Source: an uncultured Haloferacaceae archaeon
GTDB lineage: Archaea > Halobacteriota > Halobacteria > Halobacteriales > Haloferacaceae
Assembly (NCBI GenBank): GCA_964581495.1
Contig: CAZOOU010000001.1
Location: 1 to 62,716, forward strand
Length of the DNA stretch: 62,716 nt
Reading direction: 5' to 3'
A model generated the notes under the pieces. That model did not search any database. It was not told the DNA's origin and worked only from the letters and a program-made list of their open reading frames with translations. The translations under genes were made by a program, and so were the position numbers. This document shows, one piece after another, positions 39,708 through 48,124 of this stretch (positions are counted from its first letter, which is position 1; every line of letters begins with the position of its first letter).

Positions 39708-40654
39708 TCCTTTGCGGCAACTGATTGTACGCGCTCGACGAGTTCGAGTGCGCGAATTCCATCGGACGCCGAGACAACTGGCTTGCGGTCTGTCTGAACA
39801 CAGTCGACAAACGACGCCAGCTCCTTTTTGAGTGGCTCGCCGTTTTCGACAGTCGGGCGCTCGATGATGTTTTCGTGTCGGTAGCGAACATCACCGTTCG
39901 TCTCGATGTATTCAGGCAGTGAGTGACGGTTGATCTGGACCGACTGGGACATGTAGTCGACGTTGACTCGGCAGTCTTCGGCGGTCACCGACAGCGACCT
40001 GACTTTCTGTTGGGTTACTCGGCTGGCGGTCAGCGTCGCCACAACACCGTTTTCGAACTCGACGGTGGCGGCCACATACTGATTGCCCGCCGTTTCGGCT
40101 GCCGACACCGCCGCAACCGGCGAGTCGACCACTGATAACAGAATATCCGCATCGTGGATCATCAGATCGAGTGCGACGCCGTCGTCGATCTCACGGCCGG
40201 TTGGCGGTCCCAGCCGCTGGCCGTCGAGTGCGATGATATCCAGTTCGGAGGCGATCTCCGACAGTGTCCGCACCGCCGGGTTGAATCGCTCGACGTGCCC
40301 AACCTGGAGCGTTACGCCGGCTGCTTCAGCAGCGGCCGCCAACTCTCTGCCGGCTGCCGGATCCTCGGTGATCGGTTTCTCGATCAACAGATCGACGCCG
40401 GCCTCGATCGCGGTTATTCCCATCTCGTAGTGGAACGCTGTCGGCACGACAATCGAAACCGCATCGGCAACACCCAGCAACGATTCGAACGACATCGCGA
40501 CAGTGCCGTACTTTTCGGCCGTGTTGGCGGCCTGCTTGCTGTCGACATCCGAGAGACCGACCAGTTCGACGCTCGGCAGCTCTTGATACACACGGGCGTG
40601 GTGTTGACCCATGCTTCCGACGCCGACGACGCCAACCGACAGCCGATCAGTCAT
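39704..40654 (-). CDS. Gfo/Idh/MocA oxidoreductase (WbpB-like UDP-sugar 3-dehydrogenase)
   Basis: GVGSMGQHH, IEKP, VGHVERFNPA, DLMIHD; start MTDRLS. Confidence 0.9.
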   Translation of the reverse strand: MTDRLSVGVVGVGSMGQHHARVYQELPSVELVGLSDVDSKQAANTAEKYGTVAMSFESLLGVADAVSIVVPTAFHYEMGITAIEAGVDLLIEKPITEDPAAGRELAAAAEAAGVTLQVGHVERFNPAVRTLSEIASELDIIALDGQRLGPPTGREIDDGVALDLMIHDADILLSVVDSPVAAVSAAETAGNQYVAATVEFENGVVATLTASRVTQQKVRSLSVTAEDCRVNVDYMSQSVQINRHSLPEYIETNGDVRYRHENIIERPTVENGEPLKKELASFVDCVQTDRKPVVSASDGIRALELVERVQSVAAKE

Positions 40655-41792
40655 CCGAACTCCCTCTCTGTTCGACGATGGCGGGTGGCTCGGCGGCCGC
40701 AGGGTCGTCGAACCGACCGTAGGCAGCAAGCAGTGTCGTTAGCCGGTCGACGTCAGTTGTCGAAAGGCCTGGATGGACCGGCAACGAGATGACCTGATTG
40801 GCCGCTCGCTCGGCTTCGGGCGCATGAACGTCCATTGCTTCGTACGGCCCCTGTTTGTGAATCGGGGTCGGATAGTAGACTGCGGTGTCGACATTTGCGG
40901 CAGCAAGATACTCCCGCAGCGCGGCTCGGTTCTCGGTTCGGACGGTGTACTGATGATAGACGTGTGTGAACCCATCCGGTTCGGTCGGCGCAGTTACGGA
41001 GTCGACCGCTTCGAGCGCCTCGGTGAGTTTGTGGGCCGTCGACCGTCGCGCAGCCGTATACTCCGAAAGCTTTTCGAGCTGTGCGAGACCGATGGCCCCG
41101 CCGATGCTCGTCAGCCGGAAGTTGTGGCCGACAGTCGCATGCTCGTAGCTGTCGGTTCGGCCGTGGTTGACGAACCTGGCGGCGCGGTCGGCGACTGCCT
41201 GGTCGTCGGTCAACACCATCCCACCTTCACCGGTAGTCATGTTTTTCGTCGGATAAAAAGAAAAACAGGCTGCATCGCCGAGCGATCCGGTTTTACTGCC
41301 GTCGATCGCCGCGTCGTGGGCCTGGGCGGCGTCTTCGATCAACAGACAGTCGTACTCGTCGGCCAGCTCACGGAGTCGACCCATTGGAGCAGGTAGTCCA
41401 TACAGGTGAACCGCGAGTATCGCATCGATGTCGTGGTCCGCCAAGACTGCTTCGACGGCCTCGGGATCGAGGTTGTAGGTCGCGGGGTCGATATCCGCAA
41501 AGGCGACCGAGGCACCGGCCAGCCGGATTGCGTTCGCGCTGGCGATAAACGAAAATGGCGACGTCAGCACTGTATCATCCTCACCGAGGCCGAGCGCGCG
41601 AATCGCTGTCTCGAGGGCGGTCGTTCCGTTCGAGGTCGCAACAGCGTGCTCGACGCCGCAAAACCCGCCGAACGCCGACTCGAACTCCCGGACTGTCGGT
41701 CCATCGGCCAGTCGACCGCTTTCGAGAACGGCCTCGACGCGACGGTGTTCCTCGGGGCCAATATCCGGATCAGCAATCGGAATCTGTCTCAT
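40647..41792 (-). CDS. DegT/DnrJ PLP aminotransferase (WbpE-like)
   Basis: SNGTTAL, VHLYG, EDAAQAH, SFYPTKNMTTGEGG. Confidence 0.93.
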   Translation of the reverse strand: MRQIPIADPDIGPEEHRRVEAVLESGRLADGPTVREFESAFGGFCGVEHAVATSNGTTALETAIRALGLGEDDTVLTSPFSFIASANAIRLAGASVAFADIDPATYNLDPEAVEAVLADHDIDAILAVHLYGLPAPMGRLRELADEYDCLLIEDAAQAHDAAIDGSKTGSLGDAACFSFYPTKNMTTGEGGMVLTDDQAVADRAARFVNHGRTDSYEHATVGHNFRLTSIGGAIGLAQLEKLSEYTAARRSTAHKLTEALEAVDSVTAPTEPDGFTHVYHQYTVRTENRAALREYLAAANVDTAVYYPTPIHKQGPYEAMDVHAPEAERAANQVISLPVHPGLSTTDVDRLTTLLAAYGRFDDPAAAEPPAIVEQRGSSDD

Positions 41793-41863
41793 ACTGCCTC
41801 CCGATAATCATCGCTGGTGAGCGGTGCGGGTCTGCACGCAACTGTAGTGTCTGTGGGATACAT
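41789..41863 (-). CDS. putative 24-aa leader ORF (MYPTDTTVACRPAPLTSDDYREAV)
   Basis: TGA overlaps ATG41792; GGGAGG before the overlap. Confidence 0.45.
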   Translation of the reverse strand: MYPTDTTVACRPAPLTSDDYREAV

Positions 41864-41933
41864 GATGAGGGTCGATTTCAGCCGTGACACAGCGGCCACG
41901 GATGCAGTATCAGACAGAAGACTGGTTTCGGCC

Positions 41934-41941
41934 TTTGTTAT
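41934..41941 (-). promoter_or_regulatory. ATAACAAA motif upstream of the aminotransferase operon
   Basis: exact TTTGTTAT. Confidence 0.62.
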
Positions 41942-41980
41942 GAGTCCATTGCATCCAGTAGTAGCTTACTTACCGGCGGC

Positions 41981-43111
41981 TTATTCGTCTTGACCCCCGC
42001 TTGCTGGAGGCTCGTGGCTGATCGGCTCGGTTGTTGCATCGTCGGTGTCGAGACGACTGTCGAACGCCTCTTGCTCATCGACGTCCAGCCCACCGTCGAC
42101 CACGCTTACGGTGAAATGAACGTGGCGGTAAGCTGTCTCGCTGTCGGCTGTCTCGGGTGGCTCTTCGGTGTACAAATAGTAGTTGAGCCTGTGTTCGCCC
42201 GTCGCGCCGAATGTAACTGTCTGTGGCTGATGGCGTCGCTCGTTGTCGTCGAGTGTGGCCTCGAACCGATCTATTTCGGTCGACTCGATCGGCGTTATCC
42301 CGTCTCCGTCGTCGATGAGTTGATCGACGGTGACGACGACAGTGTACGTCTCAGTGTGCTGTTCGCGGTTGTCGATACCGACGACGAGATCCGTCTCGTC
42401 GGTCGTCGATAGCTCGTCGGGATAGTCGCTGAACGTCAGCTCGCCGTCCGACTCCGTGAGCACGCGGAGATCGGTGTACTGTTCGCCGTGCTGTGGGACT
42501 GCGAACACGTAGCCGACCGAGACGACGGCCAGCAAAACAGTCACTGCAAGCGCGACCGTTGCGATCCGTTCGGCCCGCGGCATCGAGTCCGAAAGCGGGG
42601 CAAAGATCGCTGCCGTGATCGCCGCCGTTGGTAGGTAAAATCGATCGTCGGCGGGTGTTCGAAACCGTCGGGCGGTTCCAAGGCCTGCGCCGATCAACAC
42701 GAACCCAACCAGCGTCGGGAGAATCACGCCACTGAAGCCATCGACCGGAAGGATTTCGAGCAACAGTGCCAAAAGCGGGACGATCGCCACGCTCAACGCC
42801 AAAGAAAGGCCGAGCCGCTCTGGAATCGTCACCCGATCGAGGTTGCGCGCCGTCGACAGTGGCTGCGCGAGTTCTCGGCTGGCCTCCTGCGGTGGCCGAC
42901 CAGTACGCGGAAACAGTATTCCGACGATAACGTACCCTGGCAGAAACAACAACAGCGGCACCGCGGCCAGAAACCGGAGTGCCGGAAGCGACACGAAGTA
43001 GTAGACCACGACACTACTGAGCGCGAACAGACAGACCCCGACCATATCGAGCGGCACAGTCCGGGCAGGCTGTACGCTCGCCGAGGAGTCGGCTGGATTT
43101 CGAAGCGTCAT
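41981..43111 (-). CDS. DUF1616-like membrane protein
   Basis: LLFLPGY...LFP, ERLGLSLALS, about 5 TM then an Ig-like soluble domain ending AYRHVHF. Confidence 0.82.
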   Translation of the reverse strand: MTLRNPADSSASVQPARTVPLDMVGVCLFALSSVVVYYFVSLPALRFLAAVPLLLFLPGYVIVGILFPRTGRPPQEASRELAQPLSTARNLDRVTIPERLGLSLALSVAIVPLLALLLEILPVDGFSGVILPTLVGFVLIGAGLGTARRFRTPADDRFYLPTAAITAAIFAPLSDSMPRAERIATVALAVTVLLAVVSVGYVFAVPQHGEQYTDLRVLTESDGELTFSDYPDELSTTDETDLVVGIDNREQHTETYTVVVTVDQLIDDGDGITPIESTEIDRFEATLDDNERRHQPQTVTFGATGEHRLNYYLYTEEPPETADSETAYRHVHFTVSVVDGGLDVDEQEAFDSRLDTDDATTEPISHEPPASGGQDE

Positions 43112-43164
43112 TCGTTGCGCGACTCGTGGACGTCGTGGTGTGGCTGATAGTTCGGTCGATCCAT
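43108..43164 (-). CDS. putative 18-aa leader ORF (MDRPNYQPHHDVHESRNE)
   Basis: ATG 33 nt after the motif at 43197; TGA overlaps ATG43111. Confidence 0.48.
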   Translation of the reverse strand: MDRPNYQPHHDVHESRNE

Positions 43165-43196
43165 AGCTGGTTGTTCACATCGACGAGCGGTATCGC

Positions 43197-43204
43197 TTTG
43201 TTAT
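43197..43204 (-). promoter_or_regulatory. ATAACAAA motif
   Basis: exact TTTGTTAT. Confidence 0.63.
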
Positions 43205-43494
43205 GGTTCTCCTTACTGCAGTATATGACTCCTACTGCGCGCCGATCCGGTGACAACGCACGACGCGATGTCCGGTCTGTTGGCTGCTGAGGGATCGACA
43301 GACGGTCGACGCGCCGCGTTTCTCTCCGGAGAGATGATCGCAGCTCCCCGTCGACTATCTGCTCGAGAAATAACGTCCTACTCAAAATAATAGACCCGTA
43401 ACAAAGTATAACACCGGTGTGTCTTCAATCGAATCTCACGTCACCCCGGCAGCTAGTCGGGTAACCACACAACTACCAACCAATCAGATATCGA

Positions 43495-44037
43495 ATGTCC
43501 GACTCCGAGTATCACTCCCTGTCACAAGATATGGTCTTTGACCTTCTGAGCAACTCCAGGCGTCGGTTCGTCTTGCATTATCTCGAGCGCGCCGATGGGC
43601 CCGTTCGGCTGAGCGAGCTGGCCGCCGAAATCGCGGCCATCGAAAACGAGGTGTCAACCGAAGAACTCACCAGTCAACAGCGCAAGCGAACCTACGTCTC
43701 GCTGTATCAGACGCACATTCCAAAACTGCAGGACGCAGGCGCGGTCAGCTACGACGCCGAAACGGGAATGGTCGAGTTGGCTTCCGGTGCCGGCGAGATC
43801 GGTGAATACTTTCAAAAACAGGGTACCGACCGCCCCTGGCAGTACTACTATCTGGTGCTGGCGGGGGTCGGACTACTGTTGTATGTGCTTGCTGCGGTTG
43901 TTGGCGTCTCGACGGGTATCCAGTTTCTGTTGGGCGCGCTTGTGCTCGGTGTGTTCGGTGTCATTGCGGCCGCCCACTACCTGTCGGTCCGTCGAGGACG
44001 AACTGATCTCCCAGCGAATCTCGTCGAAAGCGAGTAG
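43495..44037 (+). CDS. membrane-anchored winged-helix protein (DUF7344-like), paralog of 23578..24153
   Basis: VFDLLSNSRRRFVL...RKRTYVSLYQTHIPKL, PW..YY then two TM helices. Confidence 0.85.
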   Translation: MSDSEYHSLSQDMVFDLLSNSRRRFVLHYLERADGPVRLSELAAEIAAIENEVSTEELTSQQRKRTYVSLYQTHIPKLQDAGAVSYDAETGMVELASGAGEIGEYFQKQGTDRPWQYYYLVLAGVGLLLYVLAAVVGVSTGIQFLLGALVLGVFGVIAAAHYLSVRRGRTDLPANLVESE

Positions 44038-44040
44038 TTG

Positions 44041-44226
44041 CTATGGCTGTTTGCCGCCTCCTTCTCGGAGATCTCGGAGCGTCACACAGTTCAGACAGCC
44101 GTACAGCGAGCCATCGTTCGCGCCGAACACACGAACAAACTGTTTGGTGACATACGTGCCACAGCTCTGACACTGTCGTTCCGGAGATTGGCGGCCGTCT
44201 GTTGTCTCCTGGTAGAGTGCGTCCAT
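44041..44226 (-). CDS. small CxxC..CxxC zinc-finger protein (haloarchaeal DUF7563-like)
   Basis: CQSCGTYVTKQFVRVFG...GCLNC. Confidence 0.82.
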   Translation of the reverse strand: MDALYQETTDGRQSPERQCQSCGTYVTKQFVRVFGANDGSLYGCLNCVTLRDLREGGGKQP

Positions 44227-44251
44227 ACTGTTGGGCTGGAAGCCAACCCGC

Positions 44252-44259
44252 TTTGTTAT
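44252..44259 (-). promoter_or_regulatory. ATAACAAA motif, 26 nt before the zinc-finger ATG
   Basis: exact TTTGTTAT. Confidence 0.67.
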
Positions 44260-44688
44260 AATTATCGTAGTAGCGTTTCAGTCAGTTCAGCGGCTGGAAA
44301 CTGGAGCAACAGCGCTGCTCGGTTCTGGCCCCAACCTATTCAAACAACCATGACGGTTTCAGCCGATGTTACCGAGTTGGTAAGATGATCCAAACGAGAG
44401 AGCAACTGAGAATTAGCCGAAACAGACGCGTAAACAGTCTGTAACAGAGGTGCAGCATCGCCAACCTCATATGTACAGAAGGGGTCAGTAGTCACAGAGG
44501 CTGTGGCGCGATGCGGGACTGATCGATAGATCCAACGCACAGTGGTCGCGGCCTGTGTGTCCCCGCAATGGATTCGGTACGTCGACGAGTAGTGTTGGAT
44601 GGCTCCTGACGAGTGGTGTTGGCCTGCATGCCAGCCTTCGTACAGCAACGGGACCTCCGCGGCACAAACAATGAGTGAGAGAAAACAT

Positions 44689-44967
44689 ATGGCAGAAGAT
44701 TGGGACGAGATCGGATTCGTGATTAGTTCTCAGTATCGGATAGCGGTGTTGAAACGACTTGCTGATGGCCCTGCGACGCCCTCTCGGATCGCCGAAGACT
44801 CCGGGATCGGCATTACGCACGTCTCACGAGCACTCGGTCGACTGCGCGAACGAACACTTGTCGAACTCCTCGTTCCCGAGGAACGGAAAAAAGGGCGAGT
44901 TTACGGCGTCACCGAGCGTGGCGAGGAGCTGTGGGAACAGATACAGGCAAAAAACCTCATCGATTGA
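44689..44967 (+). CDS. small winged-helix (ArsR/MarR-like) DNA-binding protein
   Basis: WDEIGFVISSQYR...PATPSRIA...HVSRAL..L...KGRVYGVT. Confidence 0.85.
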   Translation: MAEDWDEIGFVISSQYRIAVLKRLADGPATPSRIAEDSGIGITHVSRALGRLRERTLVELLVPEERKKGRVYGVTERGEELWEQIQAKNLID

Positions 44968-45264
44968 CGCCGCTGGCTGTCTATTTTGCGACGCCGGAGC
45001 AGACAGAAACAGTGTCAGTGACCTACGCCACTGACAGGAGGGCACACGAACGTGTGTGTAGTTTGCGGGCGATCAGTAGGGACCGTTAGTCGTCCTCGGA
45101 GTTCGGAAGCAGCATCTCAGGACGCCGTGCGTACGCCGGCGTTTCGACGAACTGTGAGATGCGATCGAGTTCCTCCTCGGTCAGCCAATCAGACATGCAA
45201 TACTTTGTTCAGCACACTAATATAAAAATGTAGAGGTACTGGCCCATTTTTCATCCCTCATGAG

Positions 45265-45591
45265 TTACAGCTTGGACCGACCAAACGACTGAACGACCAG
45301 TTTCCCGTTGTTCGTTACGGTTACCAGATACTGTCCGAACTCGAAGCTGATCTGAACCATGCCATCGGCTTGGCCGCCACTCAACAGCCGCTCGAGGGCG
45401 TCCGGGTCGATTACGTCGTACAGTCGTGGCTCCAACGATAGTGCGTCGACATCACTCACTGATGCAACAGCTCGAATAATGGCGACACCAACTGAGTGTG
45501 GCTCCGACCGGTCGTAACTGAATGTGTGTCGCTGTTCATCGAGCTCGTCGACTGGCTGCTCAAAGGTATCTGGTGTGATCTCGTCGGTCAT
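45265..45591 (-). CDS. HalOD1 output-domain protein
   Basis: AIIRAVASV...LYDVIDPDALERL...ISFEF...VTV signature. Confidence 0.85.
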   Translation of the reverse strand: MTDEITPDTFEQPVDELDEQRHTFSYDRSEPHSVGVAIIRAVASVSDVDALSLEPRLYDVIDPDALERLLSGGQADGMVQISFEFGQYLVTVTNNGKLVVQSFGRSKL

Positions 45592-45856
45592 GATAACAAT
45601 CGTGTAGCCCGTCGCTAAGTATGAGGATTACAAAGCCTTTCTGTTGTGCAGTTTGCGGGCTCTAGACACTCGGTTTCGAGCAGTCTACCAGTGACGGTAT
45701 TCGGCCAGTAGGAGATGATTACCACCTAAAACCGGTGGTAAATCACCGTTCAGCCACCAAGAGTTCTTTTTGTATTACAAACATAAGTATGTAACACTTA
45801 CTGGCCGCTCGGCGGGCAACTGAGCCCCTGACGAGCACTCTACCCACGTGAGCGAC

Positions 45857-46072
45857 TCACCGATGCTCGACTGTTTCGACGACCGCAGACTCACTGGCGA
45901 TGACAAACGCCTCCTGTTCGAGGAGCTGTTGATCCTGTGGCAGAAACAACAGATGTGACTGTCGCCGGCACGTCGTCCGAATAATCTCCCAGTCGCCGGA
46001 CGGATACCCCAGATCACGCTGTGGGTCCGGATCGGCCGGCACTGCCTCCCAGTCTGCCGCTGTCGACCCCAT
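45857..46072 (-). CDS. small hypothetical protein (DLGY motif)
   Basis: 71 aa, DPDPQRDLGY...HLLFLP...EAFVIA; ATG overlaps the upstream stop. Confidence 0.7.
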   Translation of the reverse strand: MGSTAADWEAVPADPDPQRDLGYPSGDWEIIRTTCRRQSHLLFLPQDQQLLEQEAFVIASESAVVETVEHR

Positions 46073-46341
46073 CAGCAGCCCACCGAAACCCCGGAGACGG
46101 TGATTGCCTCGCCTGTCCAGCCGACGACTGGAATCCGGCCCTCGGTGTTGTCCTCGAGGTAGTCATCGGTTTCGTCGTCGTCCATGGGTCTTTGTTCGGC
46201 GAGGTCGACGACAGTCGGCGTTGCCGCAGCCGGCAGTGTCGTCCCAGTGTTGACCGCCACCGCAGCTCCGATACCGAGACGCAGACAGCTGCGTCCGGTA
46301 TGGCCGTCTCCGTCCCCGTTTCGATTGTGGCTGTTGGCCAT
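46072..46341 (-). pseudogene. probable truncated remnant of a Tat-exported protein
   Basis: decayed Tat-like signal (GRSCLRLGIGAAVAV...AAA), then VVDLAEQ..DD..DDYLE, then premature end. Confidence 0.45.
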
Positions 46342-46753
46342 ACATCGTAGGATCACGTTTAACAAATAACTATTCTGACCAATTGGATAACCATCATCCG
46401 GTCTGTATGTTCGATACTCTATAGGTGGGTAGTACTGATTGTCAGTAACTCTGATCGTATGTTCGGCTTACTCCGTTCGGACGGGCTCTGTGTCCATCAT
46501 TATCTCAGGCGGCCTCCCCGGAGCGACTGGCCGGTCGGCCAACGACATCACGAATAAATCCCTGCACTGATTGGCGTCGACCGTCGGCGACGCGCCGACA
46601 ACATCACTTGCTGTCGTGGGTCGACATTACGCTCGGCTGGTGCTGGTAGGAATAGCCAACTACCGGAAAGACGTTCTTACTGGCGATCAGCGATGATCTG
46701 TGGACAGCCCCGCGTGTCGGCCGACGGCTGGGTCGGAAACCGGATAGCGGCCT

Positions 46754-46761
46754 ATAACAAT
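46754..46761 (+). promoter_or_regulatory. motif variant ATAACAAT, 27 nt before ATG46788
   Basis: 7 of 8 match at the conserved spacing. Confidence 0.55.
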
Positions 46762-46787
46762 ATAGGCGGTCGTCGCATACGTAGTCG

Positions 46788-47954
46788 ATGTCTCTTCGCA
46801 CCGCAGTTATCGGCGGCGGGACGGTCTCGGAAAATCATCTCTCCGGACTGGCCCAAAACCCAAAGACAGAGCTTGTCGCAATCTGTGATCTCGATGAGGA
46901 AACCGCTCGAAGTAAAGCCCGTTCGTACGGCATCAAGGCGTATTTCGATGTCGACGAGCTGCTGGATGCCGAGCAACTCGATTGGATTCACGTCTGTACC
47001 CCGCCACAGACGCATCTGGCGGTAGCGACCCAGACGCTCGAAGCCGGCATTCCGACGCTGGTCGAGAAACCAGTCACCGAAACAATCGAGCAGTTCGAAG
47101 ACCTCGCGGCGGTCGCCGAACGGGAGGATGTACCGTTTTCGGTCGTCCACAACCACAAGTTTGGGCTCGTGATGCGCAGTGTCCTCGAAGAGATCGAGTC
47201 GGGCGAACTCGGACAGATCCGCGGCGTCGACCTGTTGTACACCGGTTCGACCGAACCTGATGTCGAAAACCGTGGAGCTTGGAACTTCGAGCTGCTCGGC
47301 GGTGAGTTCGAAGAGGGGCTTCCCCATCCGTTGTATCTCGGGCTCAATGCCGGCGGGCTTCCACGAAGCGATGAGGATGTGTCGGCGCAGAGTAGTCTCC
47401 TCGGCGAGTACGAGATGGATTTCGGCTACGACTGCGCGCAGGTTCAGTACGTAAGCAAATCGGGCGCGCTCTGTACAATCAAGATGCTTTCGGGAACGAA
47501 ACCCGTCCGCATTCTGTACGTCCACGGCTCGGAGTCGACGTTGGCGGCCGATCTCGTCTCCCAGACGCTCGTTCGACTCGACCGTGACTACAAGGCGTCG
47601 CCGCTGGCTCGTGCCCAAAACAACATCGACCAGATCGTCGACCGCGTCCGCGGGACAGCCGAAAATGTCGGTGTCGTTCTTAAAGACAAACGCGCCGGCA
47701 ACTGGGAGTCGGCGATCGAACGCAACGGGAGCTACTACCAGTTCGACGAGGAAGCCGACGCTCTGCTAACGGATACGGAACCGCCTGTCTCGGTTGACGA
47801 GGCCCGCTGGACGGTGAAACTCCAGGAGGCGATCCGCGACAGCATCCAGCAGACTGAAACTACCGGCACCGAGTCGGCTGAAACCAAATCGGCCGACAGC
47901 CAGTCACCTGACAGCCAGTCGACCGCCGAATCCGAAATCCCCTCGGACGACTAG
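46788..47954 (+). CDS. Gfo/Idh/MocA family oxidoreductase
   Basis: IGGGTVSENH, CTPPQTH, VEKP. Confidence 0.88.
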   Translation: MSLRTAVIGGGTVSENHLSGLAQNPKTELVAICDLDEETARSKARSYGIKAYFDVDELLDAEQLDWIHVCTPPQTHLAVATQTLEAGIPTLVEKPVTETIEQFEDLAAVAEREDVPFSVVHNHKFGLVMRSVLEEIESGELGQIRGVDLLYTGSTEPDVENRGAWNFELLGGEFEEGLPHPLYLGLNAGGLPRSDEDVSAQSSLLGEYEMDFGYDCAQVQYVSKSGALCTIKMLSGTKPVRILYVHGSESTLAADLVSQTLVRLDRDYKASPLARAQNNIDQIVDRVRGTAENVGVVLKDKRAGNWESAIERNGSYYQFDEEADALLTDTEPPVSVDEARWTVKLQEAIRDSIQQTETTGTESAETKSADSQSPDSQSTAESEIPSDD

Positions 47955-48124
47955 CTGCGATACTACTGGTATTGGTTTTCGGCGTCCTCTCTGGTTCTCT
48001 CGGCGCCGCTGTTGTATTTTCGGCGTCTTCCAGCGTCGACGCACTGTTTTGTGGACACTAGTTGGGAGAGCCTACCCGCGGTCGGCTCCGAGCGAGTCGA
48101 CGAACTGGCCACCTTCGAGCAAGC

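Noticed and set aside
47860-47945. Short GACAGCCAGTC repeats
   Set aside because: These encode the low-complexity DSQS tail of the oxidoreductase.
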